Assembly: GCA_951406725.2 (NCBI GenBank)
Contig: OX597833.1
Span: 20,150,001-20,214,000 of the forward strand
Source of the DNA: Octopus vulgaris
Lineage: Eukaryota
Length of the DNA: 64,000 bases
Reading direction: 5' to 3'
Part shown: piece by piece, positions 40,861 through 54,015 of the stretch
Layout of the letters: each line of letters starts with the position of its first letter
Numbering within the stretch: position 1 is the stretch's first letter
Notes under the pieces: model-generated
Told to the model about the DNA's origin: nothing
Databases searched by the model: none
What the model saw: only the letters and a program-made list of their open reading frames with translations
Program-made: the position numbers and the translations under genes

Positions 40861-41063
40861 GCTGTTCAAGAATTTGGACCTGGAGATCTCCATTTCCAGC
40901 GACTTCGAGGGCCCCCTCCCAGTGGTATCAGGCATCAACAAAGAGCCCTTGACTACAAGATGACCAAAGTTTTTTTTTTTTTTCCAAGGTCTGGGGTCTC
41001 CCGCCCCTAAGCCCTAGACCATCACCTAATCACCCTTACCAGTCTTGTTGCTTAACAACAACA
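40861..41063 (+). mobile_element. 5'-truncated non-LTR retroelement 3' end with (AAC)n tail, inserted in a family A SINE
   Basis: Perfect 15-bp TSD ACAGCAGAAGACACT at 40846-40860 and 41064-41078. Confidence 0.8.
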
Positions 41064-43391
41064 ACAGCAGAAGACACTTGCCTAAGGTGCCATGTAGTGA
41101 GACTGAATTCAACACTGTGGGTTTGGCAAACAAGCTTCTTACCACACAGTTATGCCTGGGTTTAAATAATCATATGATCAGAACAAAAGTCAAGATAATT
41201 GTGTCTTGTCCAGAAAGAGATAAATATCTCTGGACTATTTAATACTTTGAGGTGGTGGCAGTGTTGGTGGTTGTTTAACCTTGTGTCAGCCCTAATCAAG
41301 CAAACCTACGATCAAAAGGTTTAAAGCTTTAACTATTTTCATCATTCTTTCCTAGACATAGTAACTCAAGGCCTACATTTTACAAGGTCCCTTTTTCCTT
41401 TATTTAAGTTGGTAAAGTCTGGTATAATAACAAGAAACAAAATAAGTAGCCAGCACTTTTCTGATTCCGTACTTTAATAAAAGTATATAGCATAGCTTTC
41501 AGATTTATCTTTTATAATCAGCGAAGATTTTTAGGCATTCCACCTGAAAAACTAAACAAACAGATTACTTCCCAAGAGAACGCAATCCATCAGAAAGAAT
41601 CCACGGCCCAAATGAATCAGATGCCTCCACATTAATGTATATAATCCTACCTTACAAGATGCAAACAGACAGGTTTAGTCCAAGTAAAGAAACATCAACA
41701 TCAAACTTCTTCAACAAGGCTACACAATCATGAAAGAGTAGCACTTTTAAAATAAATCAATACTTGACATGATTTGCACATTCCAAGTTGGCTGAAAATA
41801 TTAATGTTTATGGCTAGAGATAATTAGCACATGAGGGAGAGAAATTTAGTTAGATCATTAACTTAAGAACCATCTACATTTTGATGATGATGATGATGAT
41901 GGGGCGGTGGTAGTGGAGGTGGTGATGGTGGTGGTTTCATGTATATTTTCGTAGCATAAACTTTCATGGTTTTTCACTATTTGGCTGCAACCATACTGCA
42001 GCACCTCAATTTTTTCTTTGTTTCTGCTTTTCAAGTTTGAACTTTGACACATCATTGAGGTACTTTTATAGCTATGTGCCTTTACCAACACCTCAAAGTG
42101 TGGAATCTATTGTCGGACAACCTGACCGAAGTATAGATTTAATTTCTGACTAGCAGTCAAATACCTTCACCACAAAGTACTATCCCTAAACAATATCATC
42201 ATCATCAACATTTAACATCCATTTTCCAAGCTGGCATGGGTTGGATGGTTTGACAGGAATTGGCAAGGCCAGGGTCCACACCAGGTGCCATAGTCTGTTT
42301 TGGCTTGGTTTCTGGAGCTGGATGCCTTTCCTAATGCAAACCACTCTACAGAGTGTACTGGGTGCTTTTTATGTGGCACCATCACCAATGCTTTTTAAGC
42401 AACACCTTAAGTAAGCCCCCCATACACCCACACCTGATGCTAATAAAAGTCCCTAAACAGACTCCTTTCTGATATCTCAAGCTTTCTTCCTGGTACTTCA
42501 GAGAATTCATAAAGGCTAGTTAGCTCCAAATTTTTTTTTTTTCTATGAAGTTGAGTGAATGAGAAATAAATTTCTCACTGATTAGAATTCCAGTCTTTTA
42601 CAAAATAACATTACCAAAAGATTAACTAGATAAACAAAGATGTATAGAAAATTTACAACCAAGATAGACAACAAAATGCTTGTAATGGATTTGATCTCAA
42701 GACCTACGAGCTGCCAAGCTAATTAAATTGCTTACTTTACATTAATTTTATGGATATATTAAATTAATGGATATAAATAATGCATGAAGGACATTTAGCC
42801 AGAGAATATTAAAACAACTTTCTGAAGTTTTCAGATAAAAAAAAATATTAAAAAGAAGTAAAACTCCAAATGGTTTTTGCTAACTCAATTTATATGAAGA
42901 GGGCAAAGACTATGGTAATGAAAGAATTATTGATTTCTCACAAGCTTATAAATTGTAGAGGGCAGTTCCAATCAATTGTTACCCTGATACCAACTCATTA
43001 TTCATGGTAATCATAAGCAATTACTAGTATGAGTTGCTATGATAACACAATAATCCTTTTTTAGTTTGAGAGTAGAAAATGTGGAACGCATCTTTTTGTT
43101 TGTTATCAGTGGAGATTTTAATTACAACTGAAGGACTTTGGAAATAGCAGGGTATAGAACCCCAGACAACATAGATAAAAGTGGGGGTTGTTTTGGGGGT
43201 GGGGTACCCTATATTTTCTGCTATTGCATAGCACTTTTAATAGAGAACAAAAAACTTTTCTGGTAACAAATCATATGACAATTTTACCCTCAAATTAAGA
43301 AAGGATTATTCTAACAGTAACTTAAACAAGCAATTACTTAAAATTACCATAAATAATCCACCACAATGTTCCAGTCCTTGTAGTGATTTAG

Positions 43392-43702
43392 TGGCTTGTG
43401 TACTTCAATGACCCTGAGAGCTATGCCAGTGGAGCACAAGCGCCAGGATAGGGCCTCCCATGCATGAACAGGTCAGAGAGTAGAGACCAGACTAATGTGG
43501 ACTAACCTCACCTCCCGAGGTAAAAATGGGTTTATGTAGAGCCAACACCCCTATCTTAGAAAAAAGCAAAGTTACTGAAGCATCAATGACAATTCAAAAC
43601 CAAACCAACAAGACCTGACAGAAGAAGAAAGCCCAGAGTGAAGAACAGTGAAGAAAAGTTATCCATGGCCTACATTTCATAGGGAGTGAACAGTGTAAGT
43701 AA
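43392..43702 (+). mobile_element. Bipartite RTE-derived element (5'UTR-like head joined to RTE-like 3' tail)
   Basis: Head GGCTTGTGTACTTCAATGACCCTGAGAGCTATGCC..GACCAGACTAA and tail TGGCCTACATTTCATAGGGAGTGAA..TAAGTAA resemble RTE termini (from recall). Confidence 0.55.
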
Positions 43703-43711
43703 ACGATAAAT

Positions 43712-44077
43712 AAAAAGAGCACTCAGAGAGGGCAAACCTCTGCCAAGGCAACACCAACATCCTCTCAACGATTAGCCAGAGATGATTTTGAAAGTGAGAA
43801 TATCTGAAAAAACACAACTGCTCTCAAAAACAAGAATACTAAAAATGAAACCAACTGCTCTAAAAAATTAAGCAAAAGAACCGGAAAAAATAATCCAGAA
43901 TCCTTGTCCAGTACCAGATTGATCTCAAAATCTAATCATTTCATGCCAGTCATGAGGCCAAACATCCCTGAAAGTTTCATCCGAATCCATCCAATGGTTC
44001 TTGAGATATCTTGTCCATGGACAAACAAACAAACACAGCTAAAAACAATACCTCTGCCTTCACTAAAGGGGAGGTAA
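43712..44077. mobile_element. Helentron-associated non-autonomous element (HINE/DINE-like)
   Basis: ACCTCTGCC near both ends, terminal hairpin ACCTCTGCCTT-CACT-AAAGGGGAGGT, (AAAC)n microsatellite, A-rich flanks, no TSD. Confidence 0.65.
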
Positions 44078-44471
44078 TAAATTAGTAACGTGATTTTTAC
44101 TTCAATTAGTACCATGTGTGAAGGCACATGGATTAGTGTTTAGAGTGTTCCACTCATGATCGTAAGGTCATGAGCTTGATTTCTGGCAGTGCATTGTTTC
44201 CATGGACATGACATTTTATTTCCAGTTGCTCTAGTTCATTCAGCTGGCAAAAATGAGTAATATCTGTGTTTCAATGAACCAACCTTGTGACATTCTGTGT
44301 CATGCTGAATCTCCCTGGGAACTACATTAAGGGTTTGCATATTTGTAGAGTGCTCAGCCATTTGCACGTTAATTTTATGAGCAGGCTTGTTCCATTGATC
44401 GGATCAACTGGAACCCTCGTTGCCCTAACTAACAAAGTGCCAGTAGTATCATAAGAGTAGCAATTGACAAG

Positions 44472-44846
44472 TGTTGTTCATAAACCATTGGAGCGGCACA
44501 AGCAGTCAGCGCTATATTGGATGAGATTTCGCGGCAGCAATTGCCATCTCCGAGACTAGAGCGAGACCTCACCTACATCCATTTGCCATGCGCGAGATCA
44601 CAACGAGGCTTGCGATGGAAACTATATAAAGGGAAAACCCTCTTCAAATCTCACTCTTTTTTGGCACCACCTTTCAGCAGCGCTTGCAGAACACACTACT
44701 GACTGGAGGCAATTTGCACCCATACTACTGGAGCTTCAGATGGTAGCTGAGAGCAGCACACTTCACCTCTCCTGTAAATAAACCAGTTGTAAATAGCCTT
44801 TGTGCTTGAAGTCTTTTCTCTTCACCTGCCGGAAGCCTGAACTACA
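44472..44846 (+). mobile_element. Solo LTR
   Basis: TGTTGTTCA..TGAACTACA termini (8/9 inverted match), TATATAAA at ~44623, AATAAA at ~44777, CpG-rich; TSD not clearly preserved. Confidence 0.7.
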
Positions 44847-45052
44847 TAAAGAACAAGAAGTTGATGGAAGAAGACGATATTCCTTTGATATCGTAAACCT
44901 TGCTTTCCATTATTAAACCATCATCAGCCTTGTGTTGTGTCTGTAGCAATGACATTCAAATCTTAAAAGACCCAGTCCATCTAAAGAACTTTTCTTATAG
45001 GGGTATTTCTATGCTAATCTCATGAATACAAAACAAACAGATTTAGTGAAAC

Positions 45053-45785
45053 ATCTAAAAACTGACCTGAAATTTTAAGAAAAATGATTTTACTGATTCA
45101 AGTATTTTTACTAATGGAGACATATCGCATATACATTCCCAAAAGAATGATGCTGTTACTGTTATTGAATATATACTACGTGGACTGACAAGAGAGTGAT
45201 CAAAAAACTGCTTCTGTTGCTTCTACTCTTCATTATATTATTCCTTTATTAGCTTATCTAACCATCTTTGTTAGCTCTTGAGGCAAGCCTGGACTGCATC
45301 TCAGTTTTGAATTCCTATTGAAGTCATACATTTTTTTCACTCACATTGTTTATTTGTGGAGGCACAATGGCCCAGTGGTTAGGGCAGCAGACTCGCAGTT
45401 GTAGGATCGCAGTTTTGATTCCCAGACCAGGCATTGTGAGTGTTTATTGAGTGAAAACACCTAAAGCTCCACGAGGCTCTGGCATGGGGTGGTGGCGAAC
45501 CCTGCTGTACTCTTTCGCCACAACTTTTTCTCACTCTTTCTTTTGTTGGCCTGCTCGCTTAGCCAGCGGGGTGGTGTCATTTGAAGGCTAAAATAATGCG
45601 AAGCACATTGTGACCAGCGATGTGTAGCAACATCTGATAGCCTGGTCGGTCATGGTGATCACATTGTTTATTTAGGTCTTTAAATAAAAAGAAAGAAAGA
45701 AATTCTTGGTCTACCTCTTCTTAAATAATTATGTCAGTATCTCTTTGTTTTTTCTTAATAATTAAACTTACTTTCTGCAAATGCA
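45053..45785. repeat. Copy 1 of a ~410-bp local duplication, carrying a SINE insertion
   Basis: Aligns to 48788-49201 once 45356-45673 is removed. Confidence 0.9.
45356..45658 (+). mobile_element. Full-length tRNA-derived SINE (family E)
   Basis: TGGCCCAGTGGTTAGG A-box; 15-bp TSD TCACATTGTTTATTT at 45341-45355 and 45659-45673; empty site in the paralog. Confidence 0.9.
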
Positions 45786-46194
45786 TTTACATGTTTAGGC
45801 CCCGGCAGTGATTCAAGTAGATAATCTCATCCAACTGGACATGTTTATTTCTTAGTTAATAAGATACAGCAACTTACTGTGTTGTACTAAGAAGCAATAT
45901 TATTGTTTAGTGCTCCTCCAATATGCATGTCACAAGGCAACAGTGAGAAACACTGAGTGAAAGAGAAACAGAGAGAGAGAGGGGGGAGGGAGAACACTGG
46001 ATTGGATACTTTATTATATTTAGTTCAATACTTTGTGAGGGAAAATCCTGCCACAGACAATATTGCTTCCTTTGGTCTAAATGCATTGCGGTATAAAATT
46101 TTATGTCTGCCAATTTTACAAAGCTCAAACCATTTTGCTATAAAATCTGACTTTTGCCTGTTCAGAGTCAATTAAATAAGTACCAGTTATACAC

Positions 46195-46368
46195 AAGGAA
46201 GCTATACAATGGGTACCACTGGAGGGACAAAAGAAAAGAGGGAGACCCCAGGAGAGATGGTGTGCCACCTTCAATAAAGATCTGAAGTAACTTAGCATCA
46301 CTTGGGAAGATGCAGGTGACTAGGCTCAAAACTGCCCAAGGTACAAGAACTGTATGGAAGGAACTAAG
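46195..46368 (+). mobile_element. RTE LINE 3' fragment
   Basis: KEAIQWVPLEGQKKRGRPQERW..DLK*LSITWEDA matches the RTE C-terminal W.P..G.R.RGRP..W motif. Confidence 0.75.
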
Positions 46369-46380
46369 ACACACACACAT

Positions 46381-46443
<63 letters not shown>

Positions 46444-47565
46444 CATCATCATCATTTAATGTCCGCTTTCCTTGCTAGCGTGGGTTGGATGATTTGACTG
46501 AGGACTGGCGAACCTGATGGCTGCACCAGGCTCCAATCTGATCTCACAGTTTCTACAGCTCGATGCCCTTCCTAACGCCAACCACTCCGAGAGTATAGTG
46601 GGTGCTTTTACGTGCCACTGGCACGAGGGGCAATCAGCTGCTCTGAGAATGATCATGCTCAGATGGTGCTCTTAGTGCTCCACTAGTATGGATGCCAGTC
46701 ATCGAATTTGATTTTGATTTCACTTGCCTCAACAGGTCTTCACAAGCAGAGGTTAGTGTCCAATGAAGGAAAGGTATGTATAAGTGGGCTGGTTACACCC
46801 CTGGCATAGACCACAAGGTTATGGTCACACTTGGCTTGCTGGGTCTTCTCAAGCACAGCATATTTCCAAAGGTTTCGGTCACTAGTCAATGCTTCACCAC
46901 CTCATCTGCAGGGATTGATTCAGTCAAATACTCTCCTCCCCTTCTTCCAGAATTTATCCTTGAGTTAAAAAAGAAATCAATGTGCTACAGTAACCCATTC
47001 CTCTTTCCATAATTTGAACAAAGATAGACAAAGAAACCAAGCTAAATATTATAACAGACTTAGTCTGAAACTTTACTGTCACAGTTCAGCAAAACACAAA
47101 GCACATGGAGAGACAGTTATTGAAAATACATTAAAATCAGTTACAGGCTAGCAGTGAAAAAAAGAAATATGGTTTGCTGTTGATAAAAGAATTTCCAAAA
47201 TAACAAATTGACATCTCTGCTGAGTCTTTTTTTTCTTCTTCCAATGACAATAAAAGATAAATTCACTTTGCATAAAAAAGCAAACACAGTCAAGCTTAAA
47301 GAAATATGAAAACAGGTTTTCAACAAAATATACAGTAGATATAAAAATTATGATAGCAGATCTAAACTTAATAGCAGGTGCAGGCCACAGAAAACCAGGG
47401 TAAAACACTAAGCTAAATATAACTGCTTAACAGGAATAATTTCCCAAACCCCAAAGACTTCTGGAGCCAGTTTATTATTTAGGTTTCTTAGTACTCTTAC
47501 TTAGCTTTAGATCAGCCCTGATTAATCAGACCTGTGTTTAAAAGCATTTCATTATCTAATGTGTC

Positions 47566-48004
47566 TGTAGGAAGTGAGGTTGGCACTGGATGGGTGCCTC
47601 ACAATTCCTTACATAGTTGTGGAAAGGAAAATAGCGGGAACAAGAATCTCCAAACAAATAACAATAATAATTTATTTCTCCTGAATAAACATTTCATCTC
47701 TGGACATCGGTTGCCTGGACACCTTGGTGTGCAAGAAGCAGCAGGGTTGGTAGTTAGACACAAAAACATGAAGGCATTTTCACAGACCCGCAACATTGCT
47801 CGCTGTCAGATTTCCAGCTCCACGGAGCTGGTCTAAGTTGCGTCCTGTCTGGTCAGAAGCCGGGGCTGAAGAGAGAGAATAGCGGTCGAGCCTAGCTGCT
47901 GCTGATGACTGCACATGCACGTAAGGGGCTTCCGGAAGGCTCTAATCCTTGCGCATGCATGGATGAAAATCCCAAAATGGCATCTGGAACCAGGCGTCAC
48001 TACA
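47566..48004. mobile_element. Solo LTR, Ty3/Gypsy-type TSD
   Basis: TGTAG..CTACA termini, 4-bp TSD TGTC at 47562-47565 and 48005-48008; interrupts an older repeat. Confidence 0.85.
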
Positions 48005-48787
48005 TGTCCTTCCTATTTTAAGACAATGTAGTGTAATCTGAATGGAAATTTGACTGCTATTTCTAAAAAGTTGAGCAACAGTATAGAGGTAACTTTAGTG
48101 GCTTGAAGTTTTAGGTATAATGTAAACAGAAAACTGTTTTCTGAGGAGACTAGAGTACCAATCAATACAATGCCTGACTCCAAATGCAAATTCACAACAA
48201 CCAAGTCTTGAAATTTTTTTCCATTGTAGCCTCAAAGATGATAAACATTAACAAACTTAAAAAAGCTACTGCATGACATTTTTTCAAGATTAGTTTGCCA
48301 AAGAGTTTGAAAATTTGAAAATTGTATAAAGAGAAAGCATCAAGCAAAAACAAAAATAATTTCTTTGATTGAAAGAGAAAGATTTAAATAAAACAAAAAT
48401 TGGTGAAAAATTACTTAAAAAAAAAAATAAGAAGAAGAAATTTTATTATTGTAGAAAACACACCAGCACAAATGGTAAAGCAGTGGAGTGAATTATTGGC
48501 AGTATTTAATTTTGTCACTCAACACTCAGAGTTCTAACCCTGTTCAGTTTGATAAAACAGGAAACAAGTGTGTACTGTGGCCAATTGAGTCATCTACATC
48601 CTTTCTTTTACAAAAGTTGAAACTTTGAACAAATATAAAAAAAATGTCCTAAATATTGGAGATGTTTTGTTTTTTATTACTTGGCCAATATTATTTTTAA
48701 ATGAAAAATATTGAGATTATATTTCCCCAGAGAAATGAAAGCTAAAGTCAACCAATGTAAAATTAGAATTCTAAACTAAGACCACTA

Positions 48788-49201
48788 TCTAAAAACTGAC
48801 CTGAAATTTTAAGAAGAATTATTTTATTGGTTCAAGTATTTTACAAATGGAGACATATCGCATATACATTCCCAAAAGAATTCTGTTACTGTTATTGTAT
48901 ATCAACTACGTGAACTGACAAGAGAGTGATCAAAAAACTGCTTCTGCTTCTGTTGCTTCTACTCTTCATTATATTATTCCGTTATTAGCTTATCTAACCA
49001 TCTTTGTTAGCTCTTGAGGCAAGCCTGGACTGCATCTCAGTTTTGAATTCCTATTGAAGCCATATATATTTTCTACTCACATTGTTTATTTATGTCTTTA
49101 AAAAAAAGAAAAAGAAAGAAATTCTTGGTTTACCTCTTAAATAATTATGTCAGTATTTCTTAGTTCTTTCTTAATAATTAAACTTACTTCCTGCAAATGC
49201 A
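48788..49201. repeat. Copy 2 of the local duplication (empty SINE site)
   Basis: Single TCACATTGTTTATTT at ~49077-49091. Confidence 0.9.
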
Positions 49202-49596
49202 ACTTACTACCTCATTCAAGCCCCATAATGAAATATAATCCAGGACAAATTCTCCAACAAGCTTGAGACCAAAAGGTAACCCAGATTTCATGATTCTACT
49301 AATATTTAACAGATACAATTAATACACTTTTAAAGCAGATCATGTTTAATCATTAACAATCCACTTGAAGTAAAGAGCAAAATGATTTAATGCAGCATAT
49401 GCAAATTAACCAACTTCAAAAACAGGGTTCATTTACTCAATGCAGGTATGGTATAATGCATAATGATGCACAATATTCCCAGATTTCTAGAAGCCAGACA
49501 AGAGTCCTATGTATGAAGTCATTTATGTTAGAACAAATAACTAACAAAATGGCTTCATACAAATCTTAGAGAGGCTCTTTCTTTTATATATATATA

Positions 49597-49966
49597 CTAG
49601 CACTATGACCCAGCAACACCGGGTCATAGTGCTAGTGCATGCATATACAGCTGTGTGCATGTGCATGCGCACATACGTGCGAGTACTGTCTAAATCTCTG
49701 ACCAATCACATACAGCTAGCTGGCATTCAATTGGCGTATCAAGTTTCGGGCATTATGGTGGGGTTTTGGATATAAAATTCACAAAAAAGTCATTTATATT
49801 GATTTTTTAATGGCTTTGCGGGGTGACTGGGGAAATGTAAATATGTGCACGACCCCCCTTGGACGGTTTTGAATGACCATAGAAAGTGCGAGCCCTCTAA
49901 CTGAAAAATTGTGGATTTGTATAAAGGAAACACATGCAGACATTTTGCTGTTTATATATAGAGAGA
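49597..49966 (-). mobile_element. Non-autonomous Helitron
   Basis: Minus strand A|TCTCTCTATATATAAA...CTAG|T, no TSD, perfect 16-bp terminal hairpin 49596-49611/49621-49636. Confidence 0.8.
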
Positions 49967-50397
49967 TAAACAATGATTACAAGTACAAAGATAAAACAAA
50001 CCAACATGAGAGATAGAGTTTGCTCAAATTATACCAACCTTCCTAAAAAAGGAAGGATACATCAGACATTATAGTTTCTACTAAACCAAATAACAAGATG
50101 GTCACAGCTGGAATACCTTTCATTATAGACCTGGAACTAAACAACAACAAAAATAATTCAAAAGCTATTTGCAAAACTTAGCTTGCTTTTATGTTTTGGG
50201 TTTCATTTGAAAGTTGTAATTTAGAATGATATGACATATCACAATCTGTTACAACATCAAAAGGTCCAACCACACTTCCAATAACCAAAGTTTCATGGCT
50301 GCTTCAACTGAAAAAGGATTCCAGCTTTGACTCAGTGATTTGAACTCTTCTACACTGGTTTGTCACAAAACAATCAAATACCATCATCATCATCATT

Positions 50398-50624
50398 TAA
50401 CTCTTTAGTATTTAAACTGGCCGTATCCGACCCAAATATCCTACTTACTTTATGTTCAAACCAGCCAGATCCAGCCTCTCACACCTACCTTACAATGTAA
50501 TTCTAAAACTATGCAATCACATCATTGAAATCTCAAAGCTATGAGATAATGAATGATTAATCCAAAACAATATCAATAAAAAAGCATTATATTTGATACA
50601 GAAATCTGAATGCTAAAGGGTTAA
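50398..50624. mobile_element. TTAA-flanked piggyBac-type MITE
   Basis: TTAA-CTCTTTAGTATT ... AATGCTAAAGGG-TTAA; other copies at 34512-34731 and 59375-59959. Confidence 0.8.
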
Positions 50625-51872
50625 TGTCTCTTTTCCCATGTTGGTATGGGTTGGATGGTTCAACATGAAATGAGGGCTGCATTGATCTCCAAAATCTGCT
50701 TTAGCATGGTTTCTATAGCTGGATGCCCTGTCTAATGCTAACCACTTAACAAAGTGTACTGGGTGCTTTTTGTGCATATTCACCAGAGTATAAGGCACAT
50801 CCCTACTTTACATGGCCGATGCCAGTATCGCATAACTGGCACCTGTGCTGGTGGCACGTAAAAAGCACCCTTCGAACTTTGGACTTCACAGAGGCAGTGA
50901 CAAGTGGCTGAGACCTTTGACAATATGCCATGCTTGAGAAGACTTGTCAAGCCAGGTGAAATCATAGTTGTGGCTGATGCTGGTGTTTCGCAACTGGCAC
51001 CCATACCAGTGGCATGTAAAAAGCACTCCCTACACTCTTGAAGTGTTTAGTGTTAGGAAGGGTATCCAGCTGTAGAAACCATGCCAGATTAGACTGGAAC
51101 TTAGTACAGTTCCCCAGCTTACAAGTTTACAGTCAAACCGCCCAACCCATTCCAGCATGGAAAATGGACTTTAAATGATGATGATGATAATGATGTTGAT
51201 GATTTTGTGGGAAATAAATTATATTTCATCATATGCTTGTTCAAAAATATTGTAAAGTGTTTTTGTAAAGGGGAAAATGTATGATTCTACACATTTAAAT
51301 ATAATGCTGTAACAGTATGTTGCAATAAAGCATAAAACCATAATTTTTTTTCATAAATAAACTGCATTACAAGAGTACTGTATTTTCTTTCATATCAACT
51401 CTATAGTTGTTTATATTTTGGTCAAGTGAATTGCCATACAATATGTGAAGCTCATCTTTTTGGCTATGATGTTTTGTGTTATCATAAGCAGCTACCTGGG
51501 TTGGTTAACCATTGCTATGGTTTTGCTGTCCTCCACTCATTGAAAATGGTTAGCAGGCAGGCAGATGAAAATTTAACATTCATCCTTCTAAGAGAAGTTT
51601 TCATTTAGATCAGAGTTCCTCAACCAAATTTTACTGATGGAACCCTTTGATTCTTGTCTGTGACTGTCCCTCACCACTATGACAACCAGTGTTGGTTTAT
51701 TTACATCCATGTAACTTAGCAGTTCAGCAAAAGGCTTACAAAAATACCTATGGACCCCCTTTGATTCCTTTTTACTCAGGTGAACCCTCTTAGCCATTCA
51801 ATTTTTTTTAAATCCCATTATATTTTCATAATAGAATATTAGGAACTGTATAAAAAAAAATTGTTAGAATAA

Positions 51873-52032
51873 GTACAGGAGTGGCTGTGTGGTAAGTAGT
51901 TTTGCTTATCAACCACATGGTATCAGTTTCATTCCCACGAAGTGGCAGCTTGGGCAAGTGTCTTCTACTATAACCTCTGGCTGACCAAAGCCTTGTGAAT
52001 GAATTTGGTAGAAGGAAACTGAAAGAAGCCCG

Positions 52033-52105
<73 letters not shown>

Positions 52106-53118
52106 AATGTGTATATGTTTGTGTGTCTGTTCCCCCAACATCACTTGACAACCGATAGTGGTGTATTTACGTCCCCATAACTTATCAGTTCAGCAAAAAG
52201 AGACCGATAGAATAAGTACTAGGCTTACAAAGAATAAGTCCTGGGGTTGATTTGCTCGACTAAAAGGCGGTGCTCCAGCATGGCCGCAATCAAATGACTG
52301 AAATGAGTAAAAGAGTAAAGAGAGTATATTTTGTGTATTGCAGACAAATCATAACAAAATCTTATATAGATCTCTAAGGGCTGTATGAACCCCAGCCGAG
52401 GACTGATTTAGATAATTAGAAAAATGCTTTTTAAATGTAACAGAGTCTTTAAATGATGTAAGGCCTATATTGAAGGAAGGGTTGGGTATGCTGAGAAAGA
52501 GGGTACAGTGATACCTCCCCCACATAACGACCAACATACCATATGCAACTTTTCATAAGTTTGTGCCAACAGCCTGTAATATTTTGGCTTGGCAAGTTTT
52601 CTCCATTTTATTATTAGTAACAATTTTTGTGCCTTATGGACTTAAGCTCATTTGGTACACTAGCCTGCAACACTCAGTCTCCTATCTGAGAATGAATTTA
52701 TTAAACAATGAAACTACTAATTTCTAAAACATATACTCTTTTACACTTTTACTTGTTTCAGTCATATGACTGCAGCCATGCTGGAGCACCGCCTTTAGTC
52801 AAGCAAATCAACCCCAGGATTTATTTTTTGTAAGCCTAGTACTTACTGTACTCTTCTGCCGAACCGCTAAGTTACAGGGACGTAAACACACCACCATCAG
52901 TTGTCAAGCGATGTTGGGGGCAACAAACACACACATATATATATACATATATACGACGCGCTTCTTTCAGTTTCCGCCTACCAAATCCACTCACAAGGCT
53001 TTGGTCAGCCTAAGGCTATGGTAGAAGACACTTGCCCAAGATGCCATGCAGTGGGACTGAACCTGGAACTATGTGGTTGGTAAGCAAGCTACTTACCACA
53101 CAGCCACTCCTGCGCCTA
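51873..53118. mobile_element. Inverted pair of full-length family A SINEs (51873-52325 +, 52735-53118 -)
   Basis: Homology to 2270-2690. Confidence 0.9.
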
Positions 53119-54015
53119 TCTTCAAAATTAGAATGTTTTTTCAAATACAATGGAAGATGAAACAATTTCTTTTATTGTTTCACATTTAGATTTGTATACA
53201 CTCACATCAAAACTAAAGTACACTACCAATATTGGTAATGCTATCAGGAAACATATATTACATAAAACATGATCCTTTCTACTGTAGGCACAAGGGCTGA
53301 AATTTGATGGAAGGAGCTGGTTGAGTACATCAACCTCAGTGCTAAACTAGTTCTTATTTCATTGACCGTGAAAAGATAAAAGGCAAAGTCGACCTTGGTG
53401 GTATTTGAACTCAGAATGTAGAGCTAGAAGAAATGCCACTAAGCATTTTGTCCAGCGTAGTAATGATTCTGCCAGCTCACCACCTTATATATGTATGTAC
53501 TCGGATGATGTAATTATTAAACCTCTTCATTTAAAATAACACATATTTGAAAAAGTATGTACACAATTTCAAATACCATGAAAGATAGAAAATTATTTCT
53601 TTCTATGTTTAATGCTTAAATTTGTTTATACATCTACAATATTCAGGTGTGATGCTCTTTGAATTAGACTAATTTTATATTTGAAATATATGCAAATACA
53701 ATCCTTTAATTACGACAATAAGGGTTCTGGTTGATGTGAGCAAGAGAATAGCCTGCTCGGGAAATTAATGTAAGTGGCCAAGCACTCCACAGACACAGGT
53801 ACCCTTAACATAGTTCTCAAAGAAATTCAGCATGATACAGAACCTGACATGGTTGGTCCTTTGAAATACAGGTACTACTCATTTTTGCCAGATGAGTAGA
53901 CTAGAGTAATGGGAAATAAAGTGTCTTGCTCAAGGACACAATGAGCTGCTGGGAATCGATTTCATGAGCTTACAGTCATGAACCAAATATATATATATAT
54001 ACACATAAATATATA

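Noticed and set aside
41480-41530. Minus-strand CUGAUUA..GAAA hammerhead-like motif
   Set aside because: G8 missing without compensation and no stem I; at best a very decayed relic
45878-45952. Minus-strand segment with strong acceptor and GTAAGT donor (similar case at ~35405-35467)
   Set aside because: Stops in all frames, and the pyrimidine tract is a CT microsatellite; indistinguishable from a pseudoexon without RNA data
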